Assembly: GCA_042408215.1 (NCBI GenBank)
Contig: JAYFMW010000026.1
Span: forward strand, 32,001-96,000
Direction: 5' to 3'
DNA length: 64,000 nt
Origin: Microcoleus sp.
GTDB lineage: Bacteria; Cyanobacteriota; Cyanobacteriia; Cyanobacteriales; Microcoleaceae
Made by a program: the position numbers and the translations under genes. Positions within the stretch are counted from its first letter, which is position 1. Each line of letters opens with the position of its first letter. Below are positions 1 through 9,966 of the stretch, one piece after another. The notes below the pieces were generated by a model that saw only the letters and a program-made list of their open reading frames with translations, made no database searches and was not told the DNA's origin.

Positions 1-1151
1 AGCCAAGTAAATTTCTCGTCGTCACCGGTAACTTTAGTGTTGCTAGAACCACCAGTTTCTTTGTATTTCCAGTGCGCGGCAATCCCGTATTCCGCAATGT
101 GGTGCATTGCTACCGTGCGAATTTGTACTTCGATGGGACGGCCGCTTGTTCCGATTACTCCTGTGTGCAAAGATTGATAGCGATTCGCCTTCGGTAAGCC
201 GATATAATCTTTAAAGCGACCGGGTATGGGGCGGAAAGAATCGTGGACGATCGCCAAAGCTCGATAACAATCATCATTGGTTTCTACAATGATCCGCACC
301 GCAGCAATATCGTAAACTTGGTTAAACCCTTTTTGCCTGCGCTGCATCTTCCCGTAAATTCCGTACAAATGTTTGGGACGACCGCTGACTTCATAGCATT
401 TAATGCCTAATTTTTCAAGTCTTTCTCGCAGTGTATCTGTAACTTCTGCGAGTTGAGTTTCTCGATCGGACCGCTTCACCGCCACCAAATCCTGAATTTC
501 GCGGTAAGCATCCGGTTCCAGGTATTTAAAAGCTAAATCTTCCAATTCCCACTTAAAGCGACCGATACCCAAACGATTCGCCAGGGGAGCAAAAATTTCT
601 CGTGTTTCTAGGGCAATGCTGCGCTGCTTTTCTTCTGGCAGATGCTCTAAGGTCCTCATGTTGTGCAGCCGGTCTGCCAACTTGACTACAATTACGCGAA
701 TATCTTTAGCCATTGCCAAAAACATTCGGCGGAAATTTTCAGCTTGGCGTTCAGTTTTGCTGGAAAAATTAAACTTAGAAAGCTTTGTGACTCCTTCCAC
801 CAACTGTCGCACTTCATGGCCGAAACGCTGTTCTAAGTCTTCGACTGTAACTTCTGTATCTTCCACAATGTCGTGGAGGAAACCCGCTGCGATCATGGCA
901 CTGTTAGCGCCCATATAGCGCAACATCCCGGCTACAGCTATCGGATGGCAAATGTAAGGTTCTCCTGACTTGCGGTATTGTCCTTCGTGCAAGTCGCGGG
1001 CAAATTCAAAGGCCCGACAAATTAAGCTGTTGTCAGTCGGGCAATTGAGGTTGGGGTCAGCATCAACTTGCGATCGGGCATTCAGGCATTCTTGCAGCCA
1101 ATCGGGAACGATCGCAGGATCGATCGAGGGAGTCAGAGTTTGAGCGTTCAT
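1..1151 (-). CDS. spoT: RelA/SpoT family (p)ppGpp synthetase/hydrolase, 3' part runs off the window start
   Basis: Manual minus-strand translation from ATG at 1151 gives RKSGEPYICHP, LHDIVEDT, VKLADRLHNMRTL, YQSLHT and EVQIRTVAMHHIAEYGIAAHWKYKE motifs. Confidence 0.93.
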   Translation of the reverse strand, partial: MNAQTLTPSIDPAIVPDWLQECLNARSQVDADPNLNCPTDNSLICRAFEFARDLHEGQYRKSGEPYICHPIAVAGMLRYMGANSAMIAAGFLHDIVEDTEVTVEDLEQRFGHEVRQLVEGVTKLSKFNFSSKTERQAENFRRMFLAMAKDIRVIVVKLADRLHNMRTLEHLPEEKQRSIALETREIFAPLANRLGIGRFKWELEDLAFKYLEPDAYREIQDLVAVKRSDRETQLAEVTDTLRERLEKLGIKCYEVSGRPKHLYGIYGKMQRRQKGFNQVYDIAAVRIIVETNDDCYRALAIVHDSFRPIPGRFKDYIGLPKANRYQSLHTGVIGTSGRPIEVQIRTVAMHHIAEYGIAAHWKYKETGGSSNTKVTGDDEKFTW

Positions 1152-1614
1152 GGTAGGCACCTTTAAAACTTAGAAATACCAATGGTTAAAAGTCTATTAT
1201 CGGTTCAATTGCCGAAATTATGTGTCTAGCTATGCTAAACTAATCGATCGTCACAAATTGCCCTTGAAAAAAATAGTCGATTTTTCGGTCAAATATATCT
1301 ATCTAAATCCAAGTTGCCCACCCCCGCAGGGAGGAAAAGATCGTGACAGGATTGTAGCCACTTCGGGGTGAGGATCCTGTAAAATCAGAACATTTGGGCA
1401 GTTGCAGTAGAGGGAAGGGCGATCGATCGACATCATTCACAGGCAATGCCAGTGCTAAAAGCAGAAGCCAGACGGATCGAGTCACGCCCTGAGCGTGCAG
1501 AAATTTTCTCGCTTAAACAGGGAATTGCTGCAAAAATGCAAGACTTCCCTTAATCTTTACAAACCTTAAGCAAGTATCTAATTTAATTATAGGTACAAAT
1601 TTATTTACACAATT

Positions 1615-2037
1615 ATGATATTGTCCGAAAATCGGTATCAGCGCTACCAGGAATTGCAGCAAGCACTCGAACAGCTACAAAAAACCGCTGCACAGGATAA
1701 TCTAGATAGGGCAGCGCTGGCGGCCGAATACAAAAAAGTGCAACAATTTTTCGGAAACCAAATTATGAGAGCCGACAGCGGTGAGTTAGAGCCGTCAGAA
1801 ACACCCCCTGAACAGTCCTATCTGACGGAAATTCACAAGCAACTACGGCTGCTGGGGACAGACGTAACGTTTTTGCAAGCATCGCGCCAGCCAGCGACAG
1901 CGACAGCGAGGCAAACTGCGGCGATGGCGAGGCTCAAGACGCTAATTGGCTACTGCGGTGCGCTGCTGCCCAAAAATTATGGTTCTTCAGATACCGCTCA
2001 GAAGGCAGAATTAACAACTGAGTTAACCAAGAATTGA
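1615..2037 (+). CDS. patD: PatD-family protein (heterocyst frequency control family)
   Basis: QSYLTEIHKQLRLLGTDVTFLQASRQ motif resembles the PatD family. Confidence 0.7.
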   Translation: MILSENRYQRYQELQQALEQLQKTAAQDNLDRAALAAEYKKVQQFFGNQIMRADSGELEPSETPPEQSYLTEIHKQLRLLGTDVTFLQASRQPATATARQTAAMARLKTLIGYCGALLPKNYGSSDTAQKAELTTELTKN

Positions 2038-2642
2038 GAAGGCAAGGAGAAATTAAAGCCGTGGAATGTCCAAAATGCAAACATCCCAACTTAGAGGGCG
2101 GCACTTTAGCCGGCACTATGTCGGTACAGTGGTGTCCCAACTGTTATGGTATCTGGATTGCAGGCAGAGAATACGAAGCTTGGCAAAAGATCCAGGGCCA
2201 GTGGTCGATTAAATCCGATCGCCAGCAGACAGGCACTCTGGGCATAGAATTCACACCGTCTCTCTACGACAGCAAAGCCGCCCTGTGTCCCGAAGATGGT
2301 CACTATCTGTCACGAGCGAAAGTTCCTTTCAGCAAAGTGCCCTTTTACATAGAGCGCTGTATGCTGTGCGGGGGCATTTGGCTTGATAACGGCGAGTGGG
2401 ACATTCTCGAAAGTTTGGGATTCCACACCGAGATTGACCAGATGTTTTCCCCTAACTGGCAAGCGAAGGCCCGTTTGCAGGAACTCGCCGAAAGGGAGCG
2501 TCAAGTCCTGATTGACAAGCTGGGGCCGGACATTGCCGGGTATGTGTTGGAACTCGCGGAAGTTTTAGCAGATCATCCCCACGCAGATTGTGCGGCTACT
2601 TATATATTGCGGAAAGCTGAGCTGAAGCGAAAGGAAATTTAG
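2034..2642 (+). CDS. zf-TFIIB-type double zinc-ribbon protein (start probably GTG near 2061)
   Basis: CPKC..CPNCYGIW and CP..CMLCGGIWLDNGEW motifs. Confidence 0.75.
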   Translation: MRRQGEIKAVECPKCKHPNLEGGTLAGTMSVQWCPNCYGIWIAGREYEAWQKIQGQWSIKSDRQQTGTLGIEFTPSLYDSKAALCPEDGHYLSRAKVPFSKVPFYIERCMLCGGIWLDNGEWDILESLGFHTEIDQMFSPNWQAKARLQELAERERQVLIDKLGPDIAGYVLELAEVLADHPHADCAATYILRKAELKRKEI

Positions 2643-2649
2643 TTATTTG

Positions 2650-2855
2650 TTAGTTGACAGTTGACAGTTGACCGTTGGCTGTTGGCTGTTGACTGTTGAC
2701 TGTTGAGAGTAAAAAAAACAACGAATAACTAATGACTAATGACTAATAACTAATGACTAATAACTAATGACTAAGGACTAAGGACTAATAACTAATGACT
2801 AAGGACTAAGGACTAAGGACTAATAACTAAGGACTAATAACTAATGACTAATGAC
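2650..2855. repeat. Heptamer tandem repeats (TGTTGAC/TGTTGGC then TGACTAA/GGACTAA), STRR-like
   Basis: Visible 7-nt periodicity; the last units overlap the ABC ATPase start codon. Confidence 0.9.
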
Positions 2856-4556
2856 TATGCTCTATTTTCCGTCGAAAATCTACGAGTAGCTTATCCCCAG
2901 CGGCGAGGCCAATCCGGTTGGGCCGTTGACGGTGTTTCCCTAACGCTGCAACCGGGGGAAAAGCTGGGATTAGTTGGGGAGTCGGGGTGCGGTAAGTCAA
3001 CTTTGGGACGGGCGGCGATGCGGTTGCTACCGGAGTCAACGCTGATTGAGGGGCGAGTTGGTTTTGCTGGAGAGTCTGTGTTTGACATGAATGCGTCGCG
3101 ACTCAGACGGTTTCGTGGGGAAGCTGTGGCATTGATTTTTCAAGACCCGATGACTCGTCTCGATCCTTTGATGACTGTTGGCGAACACTGCATTGAAACT
3201 TTGCAAGCTCACAGACCGAATTTGTCTAGGGCGCAAGCTAAGAAAAGGGCGATCGAAATTCTGGAAGCTGTGAAAATTCCGGCTTCTCGCTGGTCGCAAT
3301 TTCCCCATGAATTTAGCGGCGGAATGCGGCAAAGGGTGGCGATTGCTTTGGCTCTTTTGCTCGATCCTAAATTAATTGTGGCGGATGAACCGACGACGAG
3401 TTTGGATGTAACTGTCGCGGCCCAAATTATGCAGGAATTAACGCGACTTTGTGCCCAACGGGGAACGGCTATTTTGTTGATTTCTCACGATTTGGCGATG
3501 GTGGGTGAGTATTGCGATCGCATTGCGGTGATGTACGGCGGTAAAGTAGTGGAAACTGGGCCTGTGCAGGAGGTTTTTCAACAACCGCAGCATGAATATA
3601 CTCGATCGCTCTTAAAAGCAGCTTTGCACATTCAGAAGGAAGAAGGAAGTTCGGCAACGGATTGTGTAACTGATGTAACGGATGTAACGGATGTAACGGA
3701 TAGAGGGGAGAAGGAAAATTATCGGCTTAAGTCCCAGTTAAATTCTCCTCTGTTGACTGTGACGAATTTGCAGCAGCACTACAGTTTAGAAAGTAATTTG
3801 TTAGAGCAGTTATTTTCGAGGAAGCGCGATGTAATTAAAGCTGTAGACGGCGTTAGTTTACAGCTAGAACGGGGGGAAATCCTAGGGCTTGTAGGGGAGT
3901 CCGGCTGTGGCAAAAGTACCTTGTCACGCACGATTTTGCAGCTAATTCCTTCTACTGGTGGCAAAGTGGAATTTCAAGGAATAGATCTTACTGCACTGGA
4001 TCGCGATGCTGTGAGGAAACACCGCCGCCAAATGCAAATGGTATTTCAAGACCCCCACGCTTGCTTGAATCCGATGATGACTGTCGGAGAAAGTATTGCT
4101 GACCCTTTATTTATTCACAAACTAGCTAAGGCCCCCGAAGCTAAAAGACAAGTAATGCAAATGTTAGAGCGGGTGGGTTTGACTCCTGGGGAGGATTTCT
4201 TTCGCCGCTATCCAGGGGAATTGTCGGGAGGACAACAGCAGCGTGTGGCGATCGCCCGCGCTTTGATTACTCGGCCGCAATTGATTATTTGCGACGAACC
4301 GGTGAGTATGCTGGATGCCAGCGTGCAGACGCAAGTTTTAGAACTAATGCTGGAATTGAAGCAGGAGTTTAATCTAACTTATTTGTTTATTACGCATGAT
4401 TTGTGGGTGGCGAGATTTTTTTGCGATCGCATTGCAGTTATGAATGCCGGAAAAATTGTGGAAATTGGCAAGACTAGAGATATTTTTACTAATCCACAGC
4501 ACCCTTACACTCAGCAGTTGTTGCAGGCTGCTCCTTTATTGGCTAGGACTAATTGA
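2844..4556 (+). CDS. Peptide/nickel-type ABC transporter ATP-binding protein with two fused ATPase domains
   Basis: Two GESGCGKST Walker A motifs, FSGGMRQR and LSGGQQQR signatures, DEP Walker B, HPYT motif. Confidence 0.93.
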   Translation: MTNDYALFSVENLRVAYPQRRGQSGWAVDGVSLTLQPGEKLGLVGESGCGKSTLGRAAMRLLPESTLIEGRVGFAGESVFDMNASRLRRFRGEAVALIFQDPMTRLDPLMTVGEHCIETLQAHRPNLSRAQAKKRAIEILEAVKIPASRWSQFPHEFSGGMRQRVAIALALLLDPKLIVADEPTTSLDVTVAAQIMQELTRLCAQRGTAILLISHDLAMVGEYCDRIAVMYGGKVVETGPVQEVFQQPQHEYTRSLLKAALHIQKEEGSSATDCVTDVTDVTDVTDRGEKENYRLKSQLNSPLLTVTNLQQHYSLESNLLEQLFSRKRDVIKAVDGVSLQLERGEILGLVGESGCGKSTLSRTILQLIPSTGGKVEFQGIDLTALDRDAVRKHRRQMQMVFQDPHACLNPMMTVGESIADPLFIHKLAKAPEAKRQVMQMLERVGLTPGEDFFRRYPGELSGGQQQRVAIARALITRPQLIICDEPVSMLDASVQTQVLELMLELKQEFNLTYLFITHDLWVARFFCDRIAVMNAGKIVEIGKTRDIFTNPQHPYTQQLLQAAPLLARTN

Positions 4557-4726
4557 TTTGGGATTGGGGATTTGGGATTTTCGATTAAAAGATTGACAAT
4601 TTTTTGGCTTTCCATGACGTGCTAACGGCGATTCATAGCGAAAACGATAGATTTTGGCAATGTGCCTTTAAATTCGCTAAAGTGGAAGCAGACATTTCAA
4701 ATCATTCCACCGACACCAAGCACCAT

Positions 4727-5800
4727 ATGGCAGAATCTGACCTAGGCAGTTTTGCGGTGGCACCGGAAGCCTCACTCGCGATCGCAGAAGATGAGGACAT
4801 CGAGATCGATCGTCCCATTTCAACTCGCTCAGAAGCATACAACAACTGGTCGGCCGACGATCCGGTGGGAGCTTTGTTCAAGGAAATGGCTCGCTATCCT
4901 TTGCTGACTGCCAGCGAAGAGGTGGAGTTAGCACGCCGTGTCCGAGAATTGGTAGCCCTTGAGGAACTAGAAAAGGGTTTACAGCAGGAATTGGGAAGAG
5001 TTGCGACAAAAGCTGAACTAGCTCTGGCTATGGGTTTGAGCGAAACTCAACTGCAAAACCTCCGGCATCAGTGGCAGTCGGCAAAACGAAAAATGATTAG
5101 CTCGAATTTGCGGTTGGTGGTTTCGATCGCCAAACGCTATCTGAATCGGGGCGTGCCTTTTCTGGATTTAATTCAGGAAGGAGCTTTGGGTTTGAACCGA
5201 GCCACGGAAAAGTTCGACCCGGAAAAGGGTTATAAGTTTTCTACCTATGCCTATTGGTGGATTCGCCAAGGAATTACGCGGACAATTGCCAATCAAGGGC
5301 GGACGATTCGCTTGCCGGTTCATATTGTCGAACAGTTAAATAAGCTAAAAAGAGTATATCGGGATTTGAGGCGATCGCTCCAACGCAATCCCACTGAAGC
5401 TGAACTTGCTAAAGCAATGGAAATTACTTGCGAACAGCTTCGCTATCTTCAGCAAGTACGCCGACAATCTTTGTCTCTCAACCACCGCATCGGCTCGGAA
5501 GAAAGTTCGGAACTGTTGGATGTGATAGAAGATAGTGTGACCCAATCTCCTGAAGCTCAGATGAATGAGATGATGATGCGCCAAGATATTTTGGAGGTGT
5601 TGGACTCAATTTTGACTGAGCGGGAAAAAGAGATTGTTGCTATGCGTTATGGTTTGGTGACGGGGGAACCTTACACTTTAGAAGAGGTGAGTAGTTTGTT
5701 CAATTTGTCCCGCGAACGAGTCCGTCAAATTCAAAATAAGGCAATGCGGAAACTGCGACGACCTCAAGTTACGGAACGATTAAAGGGCTGGTTGAAATAA
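4727..5800 (+). CDS. Group 2 RNA polymerase sigma-70 factor (ORF open from 4604; ATG 4727 chosen)
   Basis: NLRLVVSIAKRY, DLIQEG, KFSTYAYWWIRQ and TLEEV..LSRERVRQIQ region 2 and 4 motifs. Confidence 0.93.
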   Translation: MAESDLGSFAVAPEASLAIAEDEDIEIDRPISTRSEAYNNWSADDPVGALFKEMARYPLLTASEEVELARRVRELVALEELEKGLQQELGRVATKAELALAMGLSETQLQNLRHQWQSAKRKMISSNLRLVVSIAKRYLNRGVPFLDLIQEGALGLNRATEKFDPEKGYKFSTYAYWWIRQGITRTIANQGRTIRLPVHIVEQLNKLKRVYRDLRRSLQRNPTEAELAKAMEITCEQLRYLQQVRRQSLSLNHRIGSEESSELLDVIEDSVTQSPEAQMNEMMMRQDILEVLDSILTEREKEIVAMRYGLVTGEPYTLEEVSSLFNLSRERVRQIQNKAMRKLRRPQVTERLKGWLK

Positions 5801-5861
5801 GTGAACATTAAACCGGTTTGATATGGTATTTTAATGTTTGATTGTCACTTACTGCTTGTTT

Positions 5862-6347
5862 ATGTCTTATGAGGTAATTTTGCGTCCAGCTACGCGGGCA
5901 GATGTGCCGATGCTGTTTGATTTGATTAAAGCTTTGGCTGAGTACGAGAAGTTGTCTGATGCTGTGACTGGTAGTGCGGTAGATTTGGAGAATCATCTGT
6001 TTGGCGATCGACCTTTTGCCGAAGCGATTTTAGCAGAGTGCGAGGGTCTAGTTGTTGGCTGGGCACTGTTTTTTCATAACTATTCTACTTTTTTGACTCA
6101 GCCGGGAATTTATTTGGAAGATTTGTTTGTGCTCCCTGAGTTTCGAGGGCGGGGAATTGGCAAGTCTTTGATAGTTTATTTAGCACAGTTGACGGTTGAA
6201 AGGGGCTGCGGGCGTTTGGAATGGAGTGTGTTGGATTGGAATGAATTGGCGATCGGATTTTACCAGGGTATCGGTGCTGATGTGATGCCTGATTGGCGGA
6301 TTTGCCGGGTGGCGGGCGAATCTTTGGCGAATTTGGCATCAAAGTAA
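5862..6347 (+). CDS. GNAT N-acetyltransferase (diamine acetyltransferase-like)
   Basis: LAEYEK, YLEDLFVLPEFRGRGIG and WSVLDWN..AIGFY motifs. Confidence 0.9.
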   Translation: MSYEVILRPATRADVPMLFDLIKALAEYEKLSDAVTGSAVDLENHLFGDRPFAEAILAECEGLVVGWALFFHNYSTFLTQPGIYLEDLFVLPEFRGRGIGKSLIVYLAQLTVERGCGRLEWSVLDWNELAIGFYQGIGADVMPDWRICRVAGESLANLASK

Positions 6348-6413
6348 TTGTAGATAATTGCCAAAAATATAGGAAAATTCAGGTAATAGTTAACTTAATT
6401 AGGAGAACAGATT

Positions 6414-6620
6414 GTGATTATTTGGGTAAACGAGCAAATCGATCCGTCAGGTATTGTTTATGCTTGCATTGCTTGTGTCGATGAGACTCAAGCTCAGGAA
6501 TGCCATGATTCTTTTGAGCAGAATTTGACCGCAGAACAAAAAGAACAGGGCTGGGTTGCTACATTACGGATTGTTAGTTCTTGGGATGACGTGCCTGTTA
6601 ACGCTTTGAAATTGAATTAA
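6414..6620 (+). CDS. Conserved small cyanobacterial protein of unknown function
   Basis: AGGAG RBS before the GTG start; IWVNEQIDPSG..ACIAC..VPVNALKL pattern recalled from cyanobacterial small proteins. Confidence 0.7.
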   Translation: MIIWVNEQIDPSGIVYACIACVDETQAQECHDSFEQNLTAEQKEQGWVATLRIVSSWDDVPVNALKLN

Positions 6621-6919
6621 TATCAAATCCGTTGACATCGGAATCATTCATCTCTCTCTTCTCTGACTCTGCGTTCTCTGCGTTCTCTGCGGTTAAATAA
6701 TTCCTAAAAAACCGTAGACGATCAAACATATTGCGGTTCAATGCGATCGCCCATATCGCCCTGCACATTAGTTAAAAAAAAACAAGACCACTTGAATACA
6801 AATTGGTCAAATAAAAAAAAGTAAACTCCCTCGGGAGTTTTAGCATTATTATTAATAAATAGAGGCATTTCAAATTGCTTAGGATTGCTGCTGTTTTTGG
6901 TTTAGTTGAAGTTGGGCGA

Positions 6920-7680
6920 TTTGTGGGGAGTCAGAAACCGGGTTTCTCACCAAAATCTTGGTGAGGATGGGTAAATTCTCGCAGAAACCCGGTTTCTTGG
7001 AGTTTTTGGAGTTTGTCTGTGGGGAGTCAGAAACCGGGTTTCTCGCAAAATCTCGGTGAGGATGGGTAAATTCTCGCAGAAACCCGGTTTCTTGGAGTTT
7101 TTGGAGTTTGTCTGTGGGGAGTCAGAAACCGGGTTTCTCACCAAAATCTCGGTGAGGATGGGTAAATTCTCGCAGAAACCCGGTTTCTTGGAGTTTTTGG
7201 AGTTTGTCTGTGGGGAGTCAGAAACCGGGTTTCTTCCAAAATCTCGGTGAGGATGCGTAAATTCTCGCAGAAACCCGGTTTCTTGGAGTTTTTGGAGTTT
7301 GTCTGTGGGGAGTCAGAAACCGGGTTTCTTCCAAAATCTCGGTGAGGATGGATAAATTCTCGCAGAAACCCGGTTTCTTGGATTTTGGGGCGATCGCGTG
7401 GGGAGTCAGAAACCGGGTTTCTGAGCAAAATCTCGGTGAGGATGGGTAAATTCTCGCAGAAACCCGGTTTCTTGGAGTTTTTGGAGTTTGTCTGTGGGGA
7501 GTCAGAAACCGGGTTTCTCACCAATATCTCGGTGAGGATGGGTAAATTCTCGCAGAAACCCGGTTTCTTGGAGTTTTTGGAGTTTGTCTGTGGGGAGTCA
7601 GAAACCGGGTTTCTCGCAAAATCTCGTGAGGATGGGTAAATTCTCGCAGAAACCCGGTTTCTTGGATTTTGGGTTTCTCA
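6920..7680. repeat. Tandem array of about 8 units of ~96 bp, each an inverted pair of AGAAACCGGGTTTCT / AGAAACCCGGTTTCT palindromes
   Basis: GGGGAGTCAGAAACCGGGTTTCT recurs near 6925, 7021, 7117, 7212, 7307, 7400, 7496 and 7592. Confidence 0.95.
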
Positions 7681-7974
7681 AAATTATATAATATCTATGT
7701 GACGGCTCAATATCCGCCTAAGTTTATCAGGGGATTGTTTGACCTGACAGAGGAACAAATTAACGCAGCTTTAGCTTATATTGAGGCCAATCGCGCTGAT
7801 GTTGAAGCTGAGTATCAAATGGTGCTTAAGGAAGCTGAGGAACTGCGGCTGTATTATGAAGAAAAAAATCGCGATCTCATTGCTAGAATTGCCGCCGGGC
7901 CACCAAAACCAGGAACGGAAGCTGCATGGGAAAAGCTTCGAGCGGCTAAGGCCAAGTTTAAGTCTGAACTATAG
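7680..7974 (+). pseudogene. 5'-truncated DUF433-domain gene fused to the repeat array
   Basis: YPPKFIRGLFDLTEEQINAALAYIEANR resembles the C-terminal half of DUF433; the N-terminus is replaced by repeat DNA. Confidence 0.65.
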
Positions 7975-8027
7975 TTTTTTTTCCCAAAGTATGATAGAGT
8001 TAGTGTATCAAAAAATAATTAAATACT

Positions 8028-8258
8028 ATGACACTTGAAAATCTTGAAGCTGAGGTTCTTGCACTTCCACAAGACTCTCAAGCAATATTGCTATCTCGAC
8101 TCCTAAAACACTTGGGACAAAGTAGAGAAATCGATCCAGAAGTTACAACTATCTGGAGTGAGGAAGCTGAAAGGCGCGATCGCGAAATGGATAGTGGTGA
8201 AGTTACTGGTATTCCGGCTGAACAAGTGTTTCAGAAGATTCGTGGGCTTCTGCAATGA
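8028..8258 (+). CDS. Addiction module antitoxin component
   Basis: ALP..LL..L..W.EEAERR..E.DSG.V.GIP.E.V pattern; overlaps the toxin gene (ATGA). Confidence 0.85.
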   Translation: MTLENLEAEVLALPQDSQAILLSRLLKHLGQSREIDPEVTTIWSEEAERRDREMDSGEVTGIPAEQVFQKIRGLLQ

Positions 8259-8551
8259 AAAACGTGATATTTCATCCACTAGCCGAACAAGAATTAATTG
8301 ATGCCACCGCCTATTACGAGGAACAAAAACCTGGGCTTGGGTTAGAGTTTTTAGGAGAAGTAGAAGAGGCAGTAAACTTCCTCATGCTATATCCTGAAGC
8401 TGGTTCAAATGTAGGAGTTTCTGTTCGTCGGGTAATTTTGCCCAAGTTTTCTTACTCTCTGTTTTATCGTATCCTAGAAGAAGAGCAGATTCGGATTTTA
8501 GCGGTTGCACATCACAAGCGTAAACCACAATACTGGGTTGACCGAGAGTAG
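8255..8551 (+). CDS. RelE/ParE family toxin
   Basis: FHPLAEQEL.DA..YYE...GLG.EF and ILAVAH.KRKP.YW motifs. Confidence 0.88.
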   Translation: MKNVIFHPLAEQELIDATAYYEEQKPGLGLEFLGEVEEAVNFLMLYPEAGSNVGVSVRRVILPKFSYSLFYRILEEEQIRILAVAHHKRKPQYWVDRE

Positions 8552-8649
8552 CAACCTAAAGTCAGGAGTTAAGGAGGTGCGATCGCGGTTTGATTACCAA
8601 TAGATATCGCGCTTCTTCTGCTACTTATGAAGTTTGAATTTAATTTCAA

Positions 8650-9528
8650 TTAATCAATTCTAGTAAACCTAATACCCCAAGCAGTAAATGTATTTGCATC
8701 TACAATACTTAGCTTATTTTCAGCAGAGCAACAAGCTGGTCTATCTGGCCAACCAGTCTTAAAAGTGACAGAAAAAGAACTACCCTTTGATACAGATTGG
8801 GGAATTGTTCCTTGAAAAGTTATATTTCCTGCTGGTACACAGTTATCACCTGTAATCTTTTTGGCAACTAGAGAATTACCACTAACAGAAATCTGTACTT
8901 CTTCTGTTAATCCTCCTCTTTCACAAGTGTAACCATTTCCTCTCCATGTACCTACAAACATTTTACGCCAATATTCCTCTCTAATCTTTGCTGTGAAGTT
9001 CTGGCAGTTATGTCCAATTCCCAGGTATTTACCATCTCCTTCAAGTACACATCGATCTGGAAGAATTGCAGGGGAATCGGTCAAAACTAAACGCACAATA
9101 TTAGAATTATATTTCTCATTACGATCAATTGGCACGAAATTATCTACGTTACTCCCGTTAGGTTCTTTTCCACTGTCAAGTGATTTTTTGGAGTATTGGA
9201 ACCTTCCATCTGGACCAAAACCAATGTTATCTACAATCTCGCCATTATCGCAGAAGAAGATATGTTCGTGGGAAAGTTCCGTATTTGTAATATCTTGTCC
9301 TGGTAATATATCTCCACCTGGTCTCCTTAGCTCTGGAGGAAGCCAGTAATTCAATAAACCCTGAACATTCCACGCACCGAACAACAGAGGATGTTGAGCG
9401 AAGACTACATATTTCCCACTCTGGAGGCATACTCTTTTGGAGGCAAGGGATTGTGCTTGGGCTGTACCTGAAAAAAACAGAGGAGATAAAAAGCCGAGTG
9501 TGGTCGCAATAATAGCCAATTTTTTCAT
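8650..9528 (-). CDS. Secreted hypothetical protein, possibly a permuted papain-like domain plus a DUF3506-like C-terminal domain
   Basis: Signal peptide MKKLAII..AQA; HEHIF and YLGIGHNCQNF motifs; AKKITGDNCVPAGNITF motif (ORF open to 9555). Confidence 0.6.
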   Translation of the reverse strand: MKKLAIIATTLGFLSPLFFSGTAQAQSLASKRVCLQSGKYVVFAQHPLLFGAWNVQGLLNYWLPPELRRPGGDILPGQDITNTELSHEHIFFCDNGEIVDNIGFGPDGRFQYSKKSLDSGKEPNGSNVDNFVPIDRNEKYNSNIVRLVLTDSPAILPDRCVLEGDGKYLGIGHNCQNFTAKIREEYWRKMFVGTWRGNGYTCERGGLTEEVQISVSGNSLVAKKITGDNCVPAGNITFQGTIPQSVSKGSSFSVTFKTGWPDRPACCSAENKLSIVDANTFTAWGIRFTRID

Positions 9529-9730
9529 AATGTTATTTCTCTTGACTATCCTCATTGTTCAGAAAAATCATTAATTGGGCTTGAGCAAGAACACAATGAT
9601 TATATTTTGTCAGTTTTACCTTTGACAACTCAAAACCGTAGCATTCAGCACCCAATTTTCCCAACCATCCCGAACCAATTTAGTAGAATATGGTACAATT
9701 CAGTTGACAAAGTAAGATTTAGTAGGATAT

Positions 9731-9927
9731 CATAGGTGTCAACTTAAGGTCAAACCCAGTCAGAGACTACTGTTTGACGATTAAGGCCAGATCCCCCCTA
9801 ACCCCCCTTAAGAAGGGGGGGACAGGAGTCCGATCAAAGTCCCCCTTCTTAAGGGGGATTTAGGGGGATCTAGACTCAGGTAAAAACCAGATTTCTCAGG
9901 GCTTTCAGGCTTAAGTTGACACTAATG
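9731..9927. mobile_element. MITE, 197 bp, 18-bp TIRs, 9-bp TSD GTAGGATAT
   Basis: Ends CATAGGTGTCAACTTAAG / CTTAAGTTGACACTAATG; GTAGGATAT at 9722-9730 and 9928-9936. Confidence 0.9.
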
Positions 9928-9966
9928 GTAGGATATAGTTCACTCAACCTCACTCAACCCAGACCC

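Noticed and set aside
616..918. 100-aa plus-strand ORF
   Set aside because: Antisense shadow of relA/spoT
6414..6620. Glycogen debranching enzyme label that I recall being attached to this small family
   Set aside because: 68 aa with no glycoside hydrolase motifs
6920..7680. Palindromic array as CRISPR, and the ORFs predicted within it
   Set aside because: No unique spacers; the ORFs are translations of repeat DNA on both strands
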